A stretch of DNA of 64,000 nt from positions 2,666,001-2,730,000 of the forward strand of contig OZ024758.1 of NCBI GenBank assembly GCA_964016885.1. Direction: 5' to 3'. The first letter of the stretch is position 1. The number at the start of each line of letters is the position of its first letter. This DNA comes from Eledone cirrhosa. Taxonomy: Eukaryota. Below, in pieces: positions 1-13,530 of this stretch. The notes under the pieces were generated by a model. That model did not search any database. It had not been told where the DNA came from and saw nothing but the letters and a program-made list of their open reading frames with translations. Position numbers and translations under genes: made by a program.

Positions 1-209
1 ATTGTCTTGCATGCGTAAACATTCGTATTAAATAACTTTTATAATTCTAGCCATCGCAATCTTTACTATTTCAATTTAGTCTTGTATCTCTATCCAACAG
101 CTAGACAATGTTTAGATAGACGCACAAAATACAGAATAAACGAGGACGAAATTATTTTCTCAGGGAGGCAATAAAACCTGCGATTTTCTTTAGCCCTGTT
201 TGTCTAAAG

Positions 210-524
210 TATGGGTGTGCAACATATTCCATTGGCGGGCCACTTTTGAACATAGGAACAGCTATTAGGGTCATTAATATTTATTAAGCACTATTCCAAA
301 GATTCACCACAACTTCTTTCTATAACATGGAACTGGGAAATTATAACACACATAACCCTATCATTGAAGCCTTTTAAGTCAACTAACAGAAAATTGTAGT
401 ACGGTTAGGAAAAAGATTCTAAATAAGCCTACAAGGTGAAAATTAAAAAACAGTCATGACAGGCCACACTGTCTGGCCTGGTGGGCCGGATTGTGGCCCG
501 TGGGCCGCCTGTTGCAAGCCCCTG
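210..524. mobile_element. hAT (Charlie/Buster-like) MITE
   Basis: Imperfect TIRs: TATGGGTGTGCAACA (210-224) vs reverse complement of the right end, CAGGGGCTTGCAACA. Subterminal GGCCCGTGGGCCG motif. 8-bp TSD GTCTAAAG (202-209) / GTTTAAAG (525-532) with central TA. Confidence 0.7.
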
Positions 525-651
525 GTTTAAAGGGATTGCATTTATACCTGTATTTTGATCTATATATACAAATATCCTTCCATTTTTAAGAGGGTATTCA
601 AGAGTAATTTTAAGGCGATCTTGCTGATATTTCTAGAGAGCCGAGTGAGAC

Positions 652-758
652 CATTGAATATAAAAATACACAGATTCATTGAATATAAAAATACACAGAT
701 TCATTGAATATAAAAATACACAGATTCATTGAATATAAAAATACACAGATTCATTGAA
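652..758. repeat. 25-bp minisatellite, ~4.3 perfect copies
   Basis: Unit CATTGAATATAAAAATACACAGATT repeated head-to-tail. Confidence 0.95.
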
Positions 759-884
759 GAAATGAAATGTTTCTGTGAAACATTCCTGCATTGTGATATC
801 AGGGGAGACAATTCAGTCTAATATATCCGCCAAGATCAGATAGTTGTATATCTGGCTGACACGTTATAACTGATTTTATATATT

Positions 885-1245
885 AACACACAGACACACA
901 CACACACACACGCCCACCCACATACCCACACACAGATGCACACATGCACACACATATGTATGTATGTATGTTGTCTTATAACCCCAGGCCTAATCTGATT
1001 GTGTGTATACGTATGTTGGTGTCTGTGTGCTGGTGTGTGGTGTGTTTGTGTGTTGGTGTGTGTGTATACGTATGTTGGTGTGTGTGTGTATATGAATTTT
1101 GGAGTGTGTGTGTGTTGGTGTGTGTGTGTATGTTGGTGTGTGTGTATATATACGTATGTCGGTGTATGGTGTGTGTTTGCGTATACGTATGTTGATGTGT
1201 CTGCGTGTGTTGGTGTGTTTTGGTGTGTGTGTATGTCTGTCTGTT
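885..1245. repeat. (CA)n/(TG)n-derived degenerate microsatellite
   Basis: Direct reading; source of spurious H/T and V/C ORFs. Confidence 0.9.
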
Positions 1246-2550
1246 TCCTTTTCTGTACTTTATTCAAAGATAGGTATTTACCGACACGTCCATGTCTAGT
1301 ATATTGTAATCTAGCTTGTCTTGTAGTGTTTATTGATTAGTAATCTTTTCCTTCTCAGTCGTGTCAAGTGGAAAACTAACAATTTGTGTCCATCAAATAA
1401 TTGTGTAATAAAACTTTATGTAAAACTGAATTGTAAAACGAACGATTCAATCGAATTTCATTCCTTATTTTTCAATGTACTAGTAGCAGACTTTTATGCA
1501 GATTTACTGTAATAACAGACTTCTAGTTTAAAGTGGAGAGTTTCTAGGTTATGTTAACCAGACAGTCTTTGCTTGAAGTATTAGAAGTCAGCTAAGGAAA
1601 TTGCATAATTAGTATGTTAAATCTAACGATTGAAAGGAATAGCAAAGATAGATATTAAACTCTAAGCGTAAGTACTGTTTGAAACTATAAAATTAGTTCC
1701 AAATTGCAATAATGCAGAGCAGAGTGGTATTTATATAAGGTTGTTTTCTGATAGTTTAATGAACTTTGCAACAAACTAAAATAAACAGAATTTTCTAAGA
1801 GCCGGTGATTTTACCAGCGAAAATAACATCTCATCAAGGAATGAAAGCTACGTCGAACATCATTAGTGCGGACTTGAAACATATTTTTTTTTTTAACGAT
1901 TTTTTATCTCCTACTTACCATTTCTGTGATGTCGAACAAATTGTTGTCTCTAAACCCATTTAGATGTGACTTATTTCCTTATATTGGGTACAACATCAAC
2001 AAGCGACTTGTATCACTCATTTTTCAAATAAAAGTCTTCCCCGTGTTATTTGTTTAGAACAATATGATTTAGAGATAAATGAGTAACTATAGAAGAAAAT
2101 AAAACATTTGCAGCACAAAAACACACACAAAACACATACAAAAGCACACACAAACACACAGAAAACACACACACAAAAAAACAAAAGAAAAGAAAACAAA
2201 AAAACAATTGAATTACACCGGCCTGTAGTTTTTCATCTTTCATTTTCAGGTTTATACTTCAACAAAAGTATCTCGAACAGAAAAAAAAACAATCGAATTG
2301 GTTTTCTGTTCACATAATGAACAATTACGAGCACCGTTTTATCACGAGTATAAAACATATGAATTGTAAGCTTTCTTTTCGTCATTTCTCTTAGTCATTG
2401 GCATTGCGCAACACCATTGGCAGAATACAAACAATCGACCCTTCATTCCTCATTCTTTGAATAAATGGTATGAAATTATATTTCTTTAAATATTTTGACG
2501 GGTGGTCATTCTAATTACAGATAACTGCATCAAGCTGTTATTATTATCAA

Positions 2551-3138
2551 AAGGGCGGTGAAATGGCAGTACGGTAGAGGGTTGGACGTCATGCTTTGAC
2601 GCATAGAGGTACGGCCCTTGCCATTCTGAATTCAAATCCCGCCGAGGTTAACTTTGCCTTTCATCCTTACGGGGTCGATAAAATAAAGTACCAGTAATAC
2701 ACTGGGATAATTGCTGGCCTTGTGCCAATAGTAGAAACAATTATTATCAAAAGGGCGGTAGATTGGCGGTATCAGTAGAGGGTCGGACGCCATGCTTTGC
2801 AGCAAAGAGTTACGGCCCTTTATGGTCTGAGTTCAAATCCCGCCGGGTTTAACTTTGCCTTTCATCCTTACAAGGTCGATAAAAATAGTACCAGTAATGC
2901 ACTGGAATAATTGCCGGCCTTGTGCCAAAAAGTAGAAATAATTATTATCAAAAGGGTGGTGGATTGGCATTGTCGGTAGAGAGTCAGACACCATGCTTTA
3001 CAGCATAGAGTTATGGCACATTACGTTCTGAGTTCAAATCCCGCCGAGGTTATCTTTATGGGGTCGATAAAATAAAGTACCAGTAATGTACTGGGTTATT
3101 GCTGGCTTTGTGCCAAAAGTAGAAACAATTATTATCAA
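2551..3138 (+). mobile_element. three head-to-tail copies of tRNA-derived SINE family A (~200 bp each)
   Basis: Units start AAGGGCGG at ~2551, ~2751 and ~2951. Each has an A-box-like TGGC, B-box GAGTTCAAATCC, central TTTGCCTTTCATCCTTACGGGGTCGATAAAATAAAGTACCAG (partly deleted in the third copy) and tail GGCCTTGTGCCAAAAGTAGAAACAATTATTAT. Confidence 0.85.
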
Positions 3139-3217
3139 AATTAGTGGGACCCAAGATGCATATTTAAGATAATCAATGAATTACCTGCTTATAAGAATCA
3201 AAGTTCCGGATAATATT

Positions 3218-3440
3218 GGTTTCAGATTTAGGCACAAGATCAACAATTTTGGAGGAGGGGAAAATCGATTAAATTGACTCCAGTGCATGACCGGCACTTT
3301 ATTTTACCGACTACGTAAGGATGAAAGGCAAAGCTAACATCGGCCGGATTTCACCTCTGAACGCCATAAAATAAAGTACCAGTAATACACTGGGGGTAAT
3401 TACTGGCCTTGTGTCAAAAGTAGAAACATTTATTATTATC
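3218..3440. mobile_element. SINE family A fragments (minus 3218-3362, plus tail 3365-3440)
   Basis: AAGGATGAAAGGCAAAG (reverse complement of the central domain), followed by a plus-strand AAAGTACCAG...GGCCTTGTG tail. Confidence 0.7.
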
Positions 3441-3522
3441 ATTATTTTCTTGGCGTCTCAGTCATTGATGTTATTTAATTGGAAAGTTTGTTCAAATGAA
3501 TATCAAGCCGCTACCTGCAGCC

Positions 3523-3667
3523 TCAGATATTCAGGACGTATCGGAGGATTCTTGCTGTTCCCAGCAATCATACATTTTGAAGTGTTCCAATATAGGTGGT
3601 TGGATTAATGTTCTTCAACGATCATTGAAAACACTTCGAGATAGTACCTAATGCTGCTAGAATTACT
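3523..3667 (-). mobile_element. 3' fragment of an R4/Dong-like (REL-endonuclease) non-LTR retrotransposon
   Basis: Minus translation VILAALGTISKCFQ*SLKNINPTTYIGTLQNV*LLGTARILRYVLNI* resembles the C-terminal 'VIGALG...LQK..LLGTARILR.VL' motif of this clade; contains stops. Confidence 0.7.
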
Positions 3668-5491
3668 GCGGTGTGGCAAAATCATCACCAATGACGAAAT
3701 TGATTTTCATTCTTCCTCGGATGAGAAAATACTTGCGTAACATCCAAATGAACATGAATAATATAGGGAAGAATTATTTGTAATAAAAATGAATTTTTTT
3801 TCAATTTGGAGAGTTTATTCAAAGTCTATTGATAAATTTATATTCGATCAAATGCTTCAACTGGTTAATACAGAATACGCGCCGTGTAAACATAATGAGT
3901 ATAATTATCATGAATTATTAATGTTTTTTGCTTTGACTTTATAAATGAATCTCTACATTTGAGTGACGTTTTTTAAAATGAAAAATATAAACTATGGATG
4001 TTTTCAGTCATGTACTTCTCGACGGCCTCACATTGTTTTTGGTCTGTAACACAGTAACACACGATGTTGAAGTAAATGTCTAAAGGTGAATCTTTAACAT
4101 GAATAAATCACTTCCAATACAAAAGTCGAAGTATAACACAGATATTTTTTTAGTTTCACTAAGCGTATTTGACATACAAAGAAATCGATATAGAGGGACA
4201 CAATAGGTATTTATTACTTATTTCTCAATGCATAACTCTTAGTAAGGTCATGAAAGCAAACATTCCGTTCTATAATATACATATAAACTATTATAAATGT
4301 CTTCAACAATGAAGTTTAGTCAATTCGGTTTTGTTCAATTTAGATATGAAAATATAATAGACATACTGTTGTAACTTACTGGTAAAATGCCAGGATTAGT
4401 GCATGGGTCTGCTATGTTTGATGCTTGTCAGTAATTCAGTGCAGCAATTCAAATAAAGAGACAATTATATTCATACAAAGCTAGCTGGTCATGTAAAGTA
4501 TTGATATTTTTTAAAGCAACAAATATTTGAATGGAAGAGTAATTATTGACAGCGATAATTAATCAAAAAATATTATTTCAGTAGGTTTAATAATCTTAAA
4601 TCAAGTTAGAATATCTATGCTGGTGTGAGCACATCTTGTCGTGTTTGTTATATTTATCTTGACCAAAGACTATTTTTGTATGAATTTATTTAGTTTGTTT
4701 ATCTTTATAAACTAGCTGAATGTTTTAATGAACATAAATAGTGAAACTAAATATGTTTTGGAAAGTATGGTGCTGGAACAAGATCAAAAGCTCTGTGACC
4801 CTAACACAAGCTGTGTGGATACAATGAAAAAATATAGATTCCCTTTTACTTCAAGTAAATCTGAACTGAAATTGAAAGCCAATGATATGAATGTGTGCAG
4901 TGAAGCGGAAATACAAGACCAAATCAAGTTTACTGTTGAAATGCCAGTCTGATTGGATACGGTCAAAAAATGATACAGTGTTGACAGACTATTGCTTGGA
5001 TACACTTAAAGATGTGTCATGTTTGCTGTGTTGAATTGTGTACCAAAGAAAGTTTTAAACACAAATATTGTGAACACAATGATATTATGAAACATCAATC
5101 ACTGTTTCCTGCATAAAAAGATCAGAGGATATTTCCAAAGTACAAAGGGGAGTAGAGAAATACTTCTAATTAAGTTTAACATGAAACGAAACAAACGGTG
5201 TAGTATTCACATGCAACAATTTACAAAAGACCAACATAAAGTGTCTCCAAGCAGAGACACAATGATTGATCTATGTTATTAAATCTGTATAGTATAGGAT
5301 TCTAGCTGAAGCGATCAGTTAAACCGTAACAGTAGCTAAGTAACAATGTTATAAAAATGGCGAGGAAAGGCTATGGAAAATGAAATAGTAGGATAGGATA
5401 CCGAACATTGATTATTGTGGCTGTAATAAACAACAACAAAAAAAATACTTCTATAAGAAAACATCAAGCTACGAAAAATCATTGGCATAGC

Positions 5492-5546
5492 ATATATATG
5501 TATATATATGTATATATATATGTATATATATATATGTATGTATATA

Positions 5547-5587
<41 letters not shown>

Positions 5588-5647
5588 AAATATGTATATA
5601 TATATATATGTATGTATATATATAAATATATATATATATATGTATGT

Positions 5648-5695
<48 letters not shown>

Positions 5696-5710
5696 ATATA
5701 TGTATATGTA

Positions 5711-5755
<45 letters not shown>

Positions 5756-5768
5756 GTATATGTATATA

Positions 5769-5805
<37 letters not shown>

Positions 5806-5950
5806 GTATAAACGTATATAAATTTATACCCCTAGAAAGTTAACTGTCGCCAATACAGTTTATTTCATATACACACATATATATACATATATATATACAG
5901 ATATATAGAAATTATTCTACACATGCACACACACACACACATATATATAC
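5492..5950. repeat. (TA)n microsatellite with TG/CA interruptions
   Basis: Direct reading. Confidence 0.95.
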
Positions 5951-6387
5951 CCTAATTTACAACTCCATAAAGTTATATGTCTCTAATACATAGGCATCTC
6001 AATGAAAGGACAAGATACATAAATAAATTAAACTAATAATCCACTCAAAGAAGTTTAAAATACATTAAATTTAAGTCCAAATCTCACTCGCGGGGGATGG
6101 GGAAAATACAATTTTAACTTATATTATGCCCCAACTATCCAATACTAAAATAATTTAAGTTTATTGATCAGGAGGCGATTTCTTCACAAGAATAAGGGGA
6201 TAAGTAGAAAATGTATCATCATACATAATAATTCTCTGCTAGATCTGCAACAAGGTATTATATATTTGAATTGCCGTATGAATATACTCTATCCAAATGA
6301 TGTGTAAACATTTTCTCAGAACCACTACACCAGTCTTTCGACGCGTGCAGCTGGAACTACTGCCACTGATTGATTTGGCAGGATAGC

Positions 6388-6533
6388 AACTCATTTCTAC
6401 AGATGAGTAAACTGGAGTAACGTGAAATAAAATGTCTTATTTAAGGACACAACACATCACCTGGTCCGCGAATCGAACTCACATCCTTTTGATTGCAAAC
6501 CCAACGCTCTAACTACTAAGCTATGCGCCTTCA
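6388..6533 (-). mobile_element. CORE-type tRNA SINE (family C)
   Basis: Minus head GTGAAGGCGCATAGCTTAGTAGTTAGAGCG...GAGTTCGATTC, followed by MIR/CORE-like sequence (plus CTCATTTCTACAGATGAGTAAACTGGAG). Second copy at 19168-19313. Confidence 0.75.
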
Positions 6534-6792
6534 CTCATATATATATATCAGTTTGGATTGCGTTGGGAACATAACCTTATTATATAAGAAGCTGGCTGAT
6601 GATGTCATGGCACTGGGTATACGGAAACGTGTGGCTACTGTCGTCATTGAAATATGTATCATTATCGATAAAGGACTTTAACATCTGAAACTACTTCGTT
6701 CGCATTTTCTTATTCTGAATATACTCCGTTTTTCCTATGGGAAAAAAAAAACGTCGAGTGCTTCAATTGATTTGCATCAATATTTACCGTAA

Positions 6793-6837
<45 letters not shown>

Positions 6838-6920
6838 AGAAGTTATCGATACAACACTAAAATGATATACAGAATAATATATCACTAAGATAAGCCTTTA
6901 ATATAATGCCAATGATATAA

Positions 6921-6952
<32 letters not shown>

Positions 6953-8967
6953 AAACAAACAAAACAGATAGGAAGAAAATACTGGAAAGAGTATTTATCT
7001 TTGGAAGCAGATCTATGGGGAAAATCCAAAATAATTCTGTAACATTGAAATAGAAAAACAGAGGAAAAGAATAGGATATAGAATGACCGTATCTCACAGA
7101 AGTTGGGAAAGAAGGCATTGAGAAAAGAAAGAGTTGATAAAAATGGTAACATAGAAAGAAATAATATATTAGGAATAAGTATATTTAACATATGTGATGG
7201 AAAGATATTGAAAAAGTCTGTGACATTGACATTTATTTCTGATTAGATAGAATATAAGGTATGACTCCAGAGAAATAACTGGGAAGAAGAATAAACAATA
7301 TTTTGTCAATATACTTACACACACACATATATATATATATACATATATATATATAATCATACATATATATATGAATGTATATGCACACATGTATCTATAC
7401 ATATATATATGTGTGTATGTATAGCTATGTTTGTATATATGTGTGTGTAAATGTTTATGTGAGCATGTATGTGTGTCAGTATGATTATTTCTAATGCACA
7501 CAAATACATACATATACGTACACACACGTACATACATATTCACACACATGTATACAAATACATTCATTAATGCTTATCTATGTAGCTGTGAATGTGAATG
7601 CATTCGATAGGACTAAATAGGCTTGCTCGAAGGGAATACTGGTCCCTAGAAGTTGAGAAAAGGTTTTAAAACGTGTCTTACAAAATGCCTTTCATATACT
7701 TTTCTTTCCTTTTTCCTTTTATTAACTTAGTCTAGTGAAAGAAAATCTGCCCATGGCCTTGACAGACCCCCAGAGGGCGCAGAGATCGATGCCTTTAACG
7801 TTCCGCTTGAACTGATGTAATGCATTTCATCCACACTTTATCTTCATTAGTTAAACCATCTCCTCGAAATGTGTTTTGAATAGAGATACAATTGTTGGAA
7901 TATCTTTTTAATTCCGACAGTTAGCTAGGATGAACACCTTTGAAGTCTGACAGAATTCGCCAAATGAAGAAGAGTGAACAAAATGTAGAATGCTATTTTC
8001 AAAGATTAATGTTTTCTATTATGGTTTTACTACTGAATATGGTAATTATAGGGGAATACTTTAGTTTTCTACAGTATAAAACGTCTTCAAACAGAATTCC
8101 ATTTGCTCATTTAGCTAGACGTGTGTATTTTAAAGTTATATGTGAGCCACAATGTGATTTCAGAGCTTCTAGCTATACAAATGCTCTGATATTCACAGCA
8201 AGGCAATCCTGCTAAAAACTCTATAGAACGACATCAAGTGTATTGCCCAGACAAAGCCTTTCAATACGGCAAACGAACATCTACAAAACATCCATCTAGA
8301 TTTTTCCACTAATGTATCTGAAAGGTCAATTTGTTTTCTGAGTATCACTTTCTTCCGCTTTTATAGTTGGTAATAATTTCAAGCAGTTGTATATAGTTAT
8401 CCCAAAATTCCTATCCATATTTTATGTATTTGATTCAACATAGCACGTTTCTCCTTCTCTTTATAGTATAGGACCCCATGAAAAATATTTGGCCATTAAA
8501 AATTAACCATATAGTCAAATGTTGTCATAACATTTTTATTTCGAATTCTTATTGGTAACAATTTTACGACGACTATCACCATGTTCTACAAAATAAATAT
8601 CAGAAGGAAGACGGACCTGTTGAATATATATAGAGATTTCTACCTGTTGCTATTTGTCATTGTTGTGGTTATATACACCTGTCGAATATATATAGTCTTC
8701 TACCGGTTGGTATTTGACGTTGTAGTGGCTATATATATATATATATATATATGAAAACAAATATTAGAAAGGAAAAAGATTGTTTCAGTAGAAAATGTTG
8801 AAGGGACTTTTTCAGTGAGGAGATATCAAAAGATTAATTTACGTGCAATACTGGTTTCACCTCTCTCTCTCTCTCTCTCTCTCTGTGAGACTAATTTTAG
8901 TGTTCCAAGGATGCTGGATAACCAAATATTACATACTGTAAATCATATTGATATATTTCCCCTGTCG

Positions 8968-9032
<65 letters not shown>

Positions 9033-9084
9033 TTATACAAGTTGTATCGTACCGAGGGCAAACCGATCAAGTGACCTCTTGCCC

Positions 9085-9150
9085 GTACACTCTGTTTTGG
9101 CTTGGTTTCTAAGGTCGGATGCTCTTCCTAACGCCAACCACATCTATTTG
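9085..9150 (-). mobile_element. SINE fragment related to 31468-31650
   Basis: Shares GGATGC(T/C)CTTCCTAAC(G/A)CCAACCAC with 31607-31632. Confidence 0.5.
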
Positions 9151-9784
9151 ATTACTAGAGTTGTTTACGTCCCCAAATTGTCGAGATATCATGTTACCCT
9201 TGAAATGGTTTCAACTAGTTAGTTTGGTATAATGTTAGCTCGCTCATTAAGTTATTTTTATTCCATCTCCGACATTCTGTTTTGATCATATGGAATATAT
9301 ACAAGGATCAACGACTGTGCTATTTATTTAGAATTTATTGGACAAACAGAGTAAGGATACCAATACCTCATCTCCTGAAATAGTGAGAGAAACGTGTAAA
9401 CGACGAATGTTTCTGTCACTTAATTAGTAAGAACGGGGACTTGAACTCAGATCTTCCTATAAATATAACTCAGGTTGAAAATAAGATACAGTAGGTGATC
9501 GATTCTCAAAGAGTTTATCGCTTATTGATTATCACCAAAACATCTTTGGCACACACGCCCAGACTTTGCTACAACCCCCACCACTATCTGAACAACACTA
9601 ACAACCACTACTACTATGAGCTCAGTTTTATACAATTATACATTCCGTTTTCTGAGAAATCTCTCATTATATATATAAATATATATTTTAATAGAATTAA
9701 CTCGGGGAAATTGGGCGACATTTCCATTTCTGTTTTTATTTTATTTAATTTATTTTTTTTTAAAAATGAATTCATTGTTAGAAA

Positions 9785-9975
9785 ATGAAAAAAATAAAAC
9801 TAAAAATAAAACTAAAAATAAAATTAAAAAAAAAATAAAAAATAAAATAAAAAAATAAAATAAAAAATAAAATAAAAACTAAAACTAAAACTAAAACTAA
9901 AACTAAAACTAAAAACTAAAAAAAAAAAAAAAAAAAACTAAAAAAAAAAAATAAAAAAAAAAATAAAAATAAAAA
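9785..9975. repeat. A-rich (TAAAA/CTAAAA)n low-complexity repeat
   Basis: Direct reading. Confidence 0.9.
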
Positions 9976-10416
9976 TCAATAATCATTGATTCGATTCATT
10001 TTTCTAAATTTATTTTCTTTATGATTCCTTTCTAAAACCATATCGTTTTATATTCAGGTCAACATTCTTTTTACAATTTCATTCTGCTAATGTAGCTTCA
10101 ATGAAATCAAATTTGAAAGTTATTTTTTCTTTACGTTGTCTCTCACAAAATCTTAATATTCCTCAGTGCGGATTTATTTCTCAAGAATTTGATAGTCAAT
10201 CAATCAACTTAAAACATTTTGTTCATTTCCTTGATTTTTTTCTTATCACTAAACAGTTTCATATTTGCCTAATAGTTTCTTTCTTTTCTTGGTTTTAAAA
10301 TCTTTTTTTTCTTTCCTCTTTTTGATTTTGTTTAGTTTTAATGTGACATGTGGTATTGTCCCTTCAATAGAAAAAAATGGCTTTTAAAATCATCTGAGAA
10401 TGACCTCACTCTCTAA

Positions 10417-10497
10417 TACACACACACACACACACACACATAGATATATGCACACACGCTGGCAGACAGATACACTGACACAGACAGACTCAAACAC

Positions 10498-10557
<60 letters not shown>

Positions 10558-10575
10558 ACAATAATAAATTTGAAG

Positions 10576-10611
<36 letters not shown>

Positions 10612-10793
10612 GTATACATATATGTATATATATACATACGTGACGTACATATATGCATATATTTATATATATACATATATATATGCATATATTTATATAT
10701 ATACATATATGTATATATATGTAAATATTCATATATGTATATATATATATGCATATATTTATATATATACATATATGTAAATATTCATATATG

Positions 10794-10824
<31 letters not shown>

Positions 10825-10988
10825 GTATATATGTGTATATGTATCTATATATATATGTATATATATATATGTATATATCTATATATATCTATATATATAT
10901 CTATATATATATATATATATATATATATCTATATATATATCTCTATATATATATACACATATATATATATTTCTGAGTGTATAGCGAT

Positions 10989-11028
<40 letters not shown>
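10417..11028. repeat. compound (CA)n/(TA)n microsatellite
   Basis: Direct reading. Confidence 0.95.
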
Positions 11029-11029
<1 letters not shown>

Positions 11030-11821
11030 AGAATACACTTTTATATCTTGATTTATCAAATACGTTGGCATTAAATTTCAATCTCCCCATTTCTTGTTTC
11101 CTCTAACTAATTTTAAAAATTAACACCAAATAAACAATACATTTTATGATGTTATCATATTGAAATAAATCTTTGAATAACGTGTGTTTTATTTTCATAT
11201 TATCTTCTCATCCTGGCTAAAGTAGCGATAAGTTATTAAATATAAACAAGATATAATTTCTTGCTCCCATTACAGACTGGATATTAGATTGGTCGTCCAA
11301 ATGTCGACTTCTTTTAATAATCCTTCAATAAGACCGTGACTAGTTTCAACACAAGGCAATAGATTTAGATATTAAATCTATTAATATAAAGTTCGTTTTG
11401 TGTAATCCTTCTGCAGATTGCAGAAAATCCTCAACGGCGACATCTTTCTTGAATAGATTTAGTCTAAAACAATGCTAGAAGCTTTCGTTACGACTCTTAG
11501 AAAGATTGATAATGGAGAAAGGAACGAGATACATTTGGTGGCTGGAAATAAGATGTAACGAATAACACATTTATAATAAATATTCTGACAGTAAAGTTTC
11601 TGAAGTTAAGAAGGAACTATGTGGTTTCACATTTGATTCTATTGTGTGGCACCTTGAAGCAATATTTTCTAGTATAAATACTTCCGATTCTATACCATGG
11701 GGAATATATATCTAACATTTCTGTCTGATCGCCTCGTCAGTGAAAGATAAAATATCAACTGGTGTTGAAAGACAAATAAACTGGGATTAATGTGTATGTG
11801 AGCATGCGCGCGTATGTTGTA

Positions 11822-11898
<77 letters not shown>

Positions 11899-12061
11899 GG
11901 GACAGAGAGAGACAGTGAGAGTGAGAGAGAAATACACACACATACACAGACATAGACACACACACACACATACATACACACACACATATATATATATTTA
12001 TTAAAATAACAGATTAAAGTTTAAGCAAAGAATCGCTGTTTTCACCCTTATAGGGATCTTC

Positions 12062-12283
12062 TGAACGAAGATAATTTACCATCGACATTTTCAGGTATGA
12101 TAACATTTTACGAAACCAGAAATGATATGAAAACATATTAAAGAATAGAGGAAACTGGCGTGACATTATTATGAGAGATCTCTGCATATATTACACACAG
12201 TTATATATATAACATTTTAAATGTTTGAGATAATCTCGAGCATGCGCCTTATCCTTCAAGAATATGCTCAAAGAATAAATCTG

Positions 12284-12355
<72 letters not shown>

Positions 12356-12501
12356 CAACAACAACAACAATAATGGAAGCTATTTTGAACGAAGATAACT
12401 TACCATCGACATTTTCAGATATGAAAACATATTAAAGAATAAAGGAAACTGGCGTGACATTATTGTGAGATAGATCTCTGCATATATTACACACAGTTAT
12501 A
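12062..12501 (+). repeat. ~120-150 bp local direct duplication (12062-12206 and 12386-12501) separated by a (TA)n tract
   Basis: TGAACGAAGATAA(T/C)TTACCATCGACATTTTCAG...GGAAACTGGCGTGACATTATT...CTCTGCATATATTACACACAGTTATA occurs twice. Confidence 0.85.
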
Positions 12502-12524
12502 GGAAACCAGAACATATTGAAATA

Positions 12525-12760
12525 TTAACAATGATTGATATGCCATGTCCTTCAGACAAAAATACTCATAAAAGAAACTAACGAATTCTCGAAATATAAT
12601 ATTTACAAATAGAGACAGTGAGGAGATGAGGGAATCCATATTACTGTAGTCACGTTAATAAGAAATCCACTAATTTGAAAAGTAAATATTTGGAACAAAA
12701 TATACAAGATATCATCAGAAACCAAAGCATCCCACATTTAATAGTATCTTCGTCTTAACA
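12525..12760 (+). mobile_element. possible decayed REL-domain LINE 3' fragment
   Basis: IDMPCPSDKN...YLQIETVR reads like the 'ID..P.D.N...KY..L.IE..R.W' motif of R4/Dong-like elements; heavily disrupted. Confidence 0.35.
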
Positions 12761-12767
12761 CTACTTT

Positions 12768-12903
12768 GACGCTAAACTCCGTCAGTTGCAGACTGCTCAT
12801 AAACATGAGATATTTTTCTCCATAAAGTTCGATCACTAACAGCAGAGTTTAAAGAGCAAAGATCAAGTTCAGTCCATAGGTTGACATTATGAAGCCATCG
12901 TTT
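12768..12903 (-). mobile_element. RTE-clade LINE 3' end fragment
   Basis: Near-identical to 13338-13473; encodes KRWL.NVNLWT.LDLCSLNSAV.DRTLWR on the minus strand. Confidence 0.75.
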
Positions 12904-12930
12904 ATAAGTATGAATGTTCAGTAGACTTTA

Positions 12931-13158
12931 GTAGGTGTCTCAGGGGCCTAGTGGTAGGTACTAGAGACGGTGGAGATCATGGTCCTGGGTTCAATCCTGG
13001 TCAAGAGGTACATGTACTCTTTTTCAGTTTTTATTTTACATCCCATAGAAACAAATATGAAAAGGTTTACCGGGAACCTTACTTCCGACCAGAATCGAAC
13101 TTCAGAACAGGATCACCACCGTCTATGATTCCTCCAACAAGGCCACCGAGACAGCTAC
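12931..13158. other. convergent inverted pair of tRNA(His)-like sequences (12931-13010 plus, 13080-13158 minus)
   Basis: Plus copy has A box GGCCTAGTGGTA and B box GGTTCAATCC. Minus copy has GGCCTTGTTGG and AGTTCGATTC. Both carry AGACGGTGG (GTG anticodon-like). The acceptor stems do not close, so these are not functional tRNAs. Confidence 0.55.
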
Positions 13159-13332
13159 AAACGCATAATGAAAATTAATAATTATAAACCTACTTTCAAA
13201 ATCAAAGTTAAAAAGATGTGGTGTCGTTCATGGCTTTCCTAGTGCTATTAGTCATATTTAGGGTCGACTTGTCAATCTTCTCGCTCTTTGGCAACAACAT
13301 TATTATTCCTATGTGTGTTTAACTGTTGAATT

Positions 13333-13530
13333 TCTTGTGACGCTAAACTCCGCCAGATGCAGACTGCTCATCAACATGAGATATTTTTTCTCCACAAAGT
13401 TCGATCACCAACAGCAGAGTTCAAAGAGCAAAGATCAAGTCCAGTCCATAGGTTGACATTATCAAGCCATCGTTTTGGCTGTCCGCCTCTGATTCTTTTA
13501 CCAGCTAACCTTCCTTCCGGGCATATATAA
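13333..13530 (-). mobile_element. RTE-clade LINE 3' end fragment
   Basis: Minus translation EGRLAGKRIRGGQPKRWLDNVNLWTGLDLCSLNSAVGDRTLWRK matches the RTE C-terminal EG...GKR.RGRP..RW.D...W...DR..WR motif. Confidence 0.8.

Noticed and set aside
12931-13010. Functional tRNA gene
   Set aside because: Acceptor and anticodon stems do not pair; treated as a tRNA-derived repeat.
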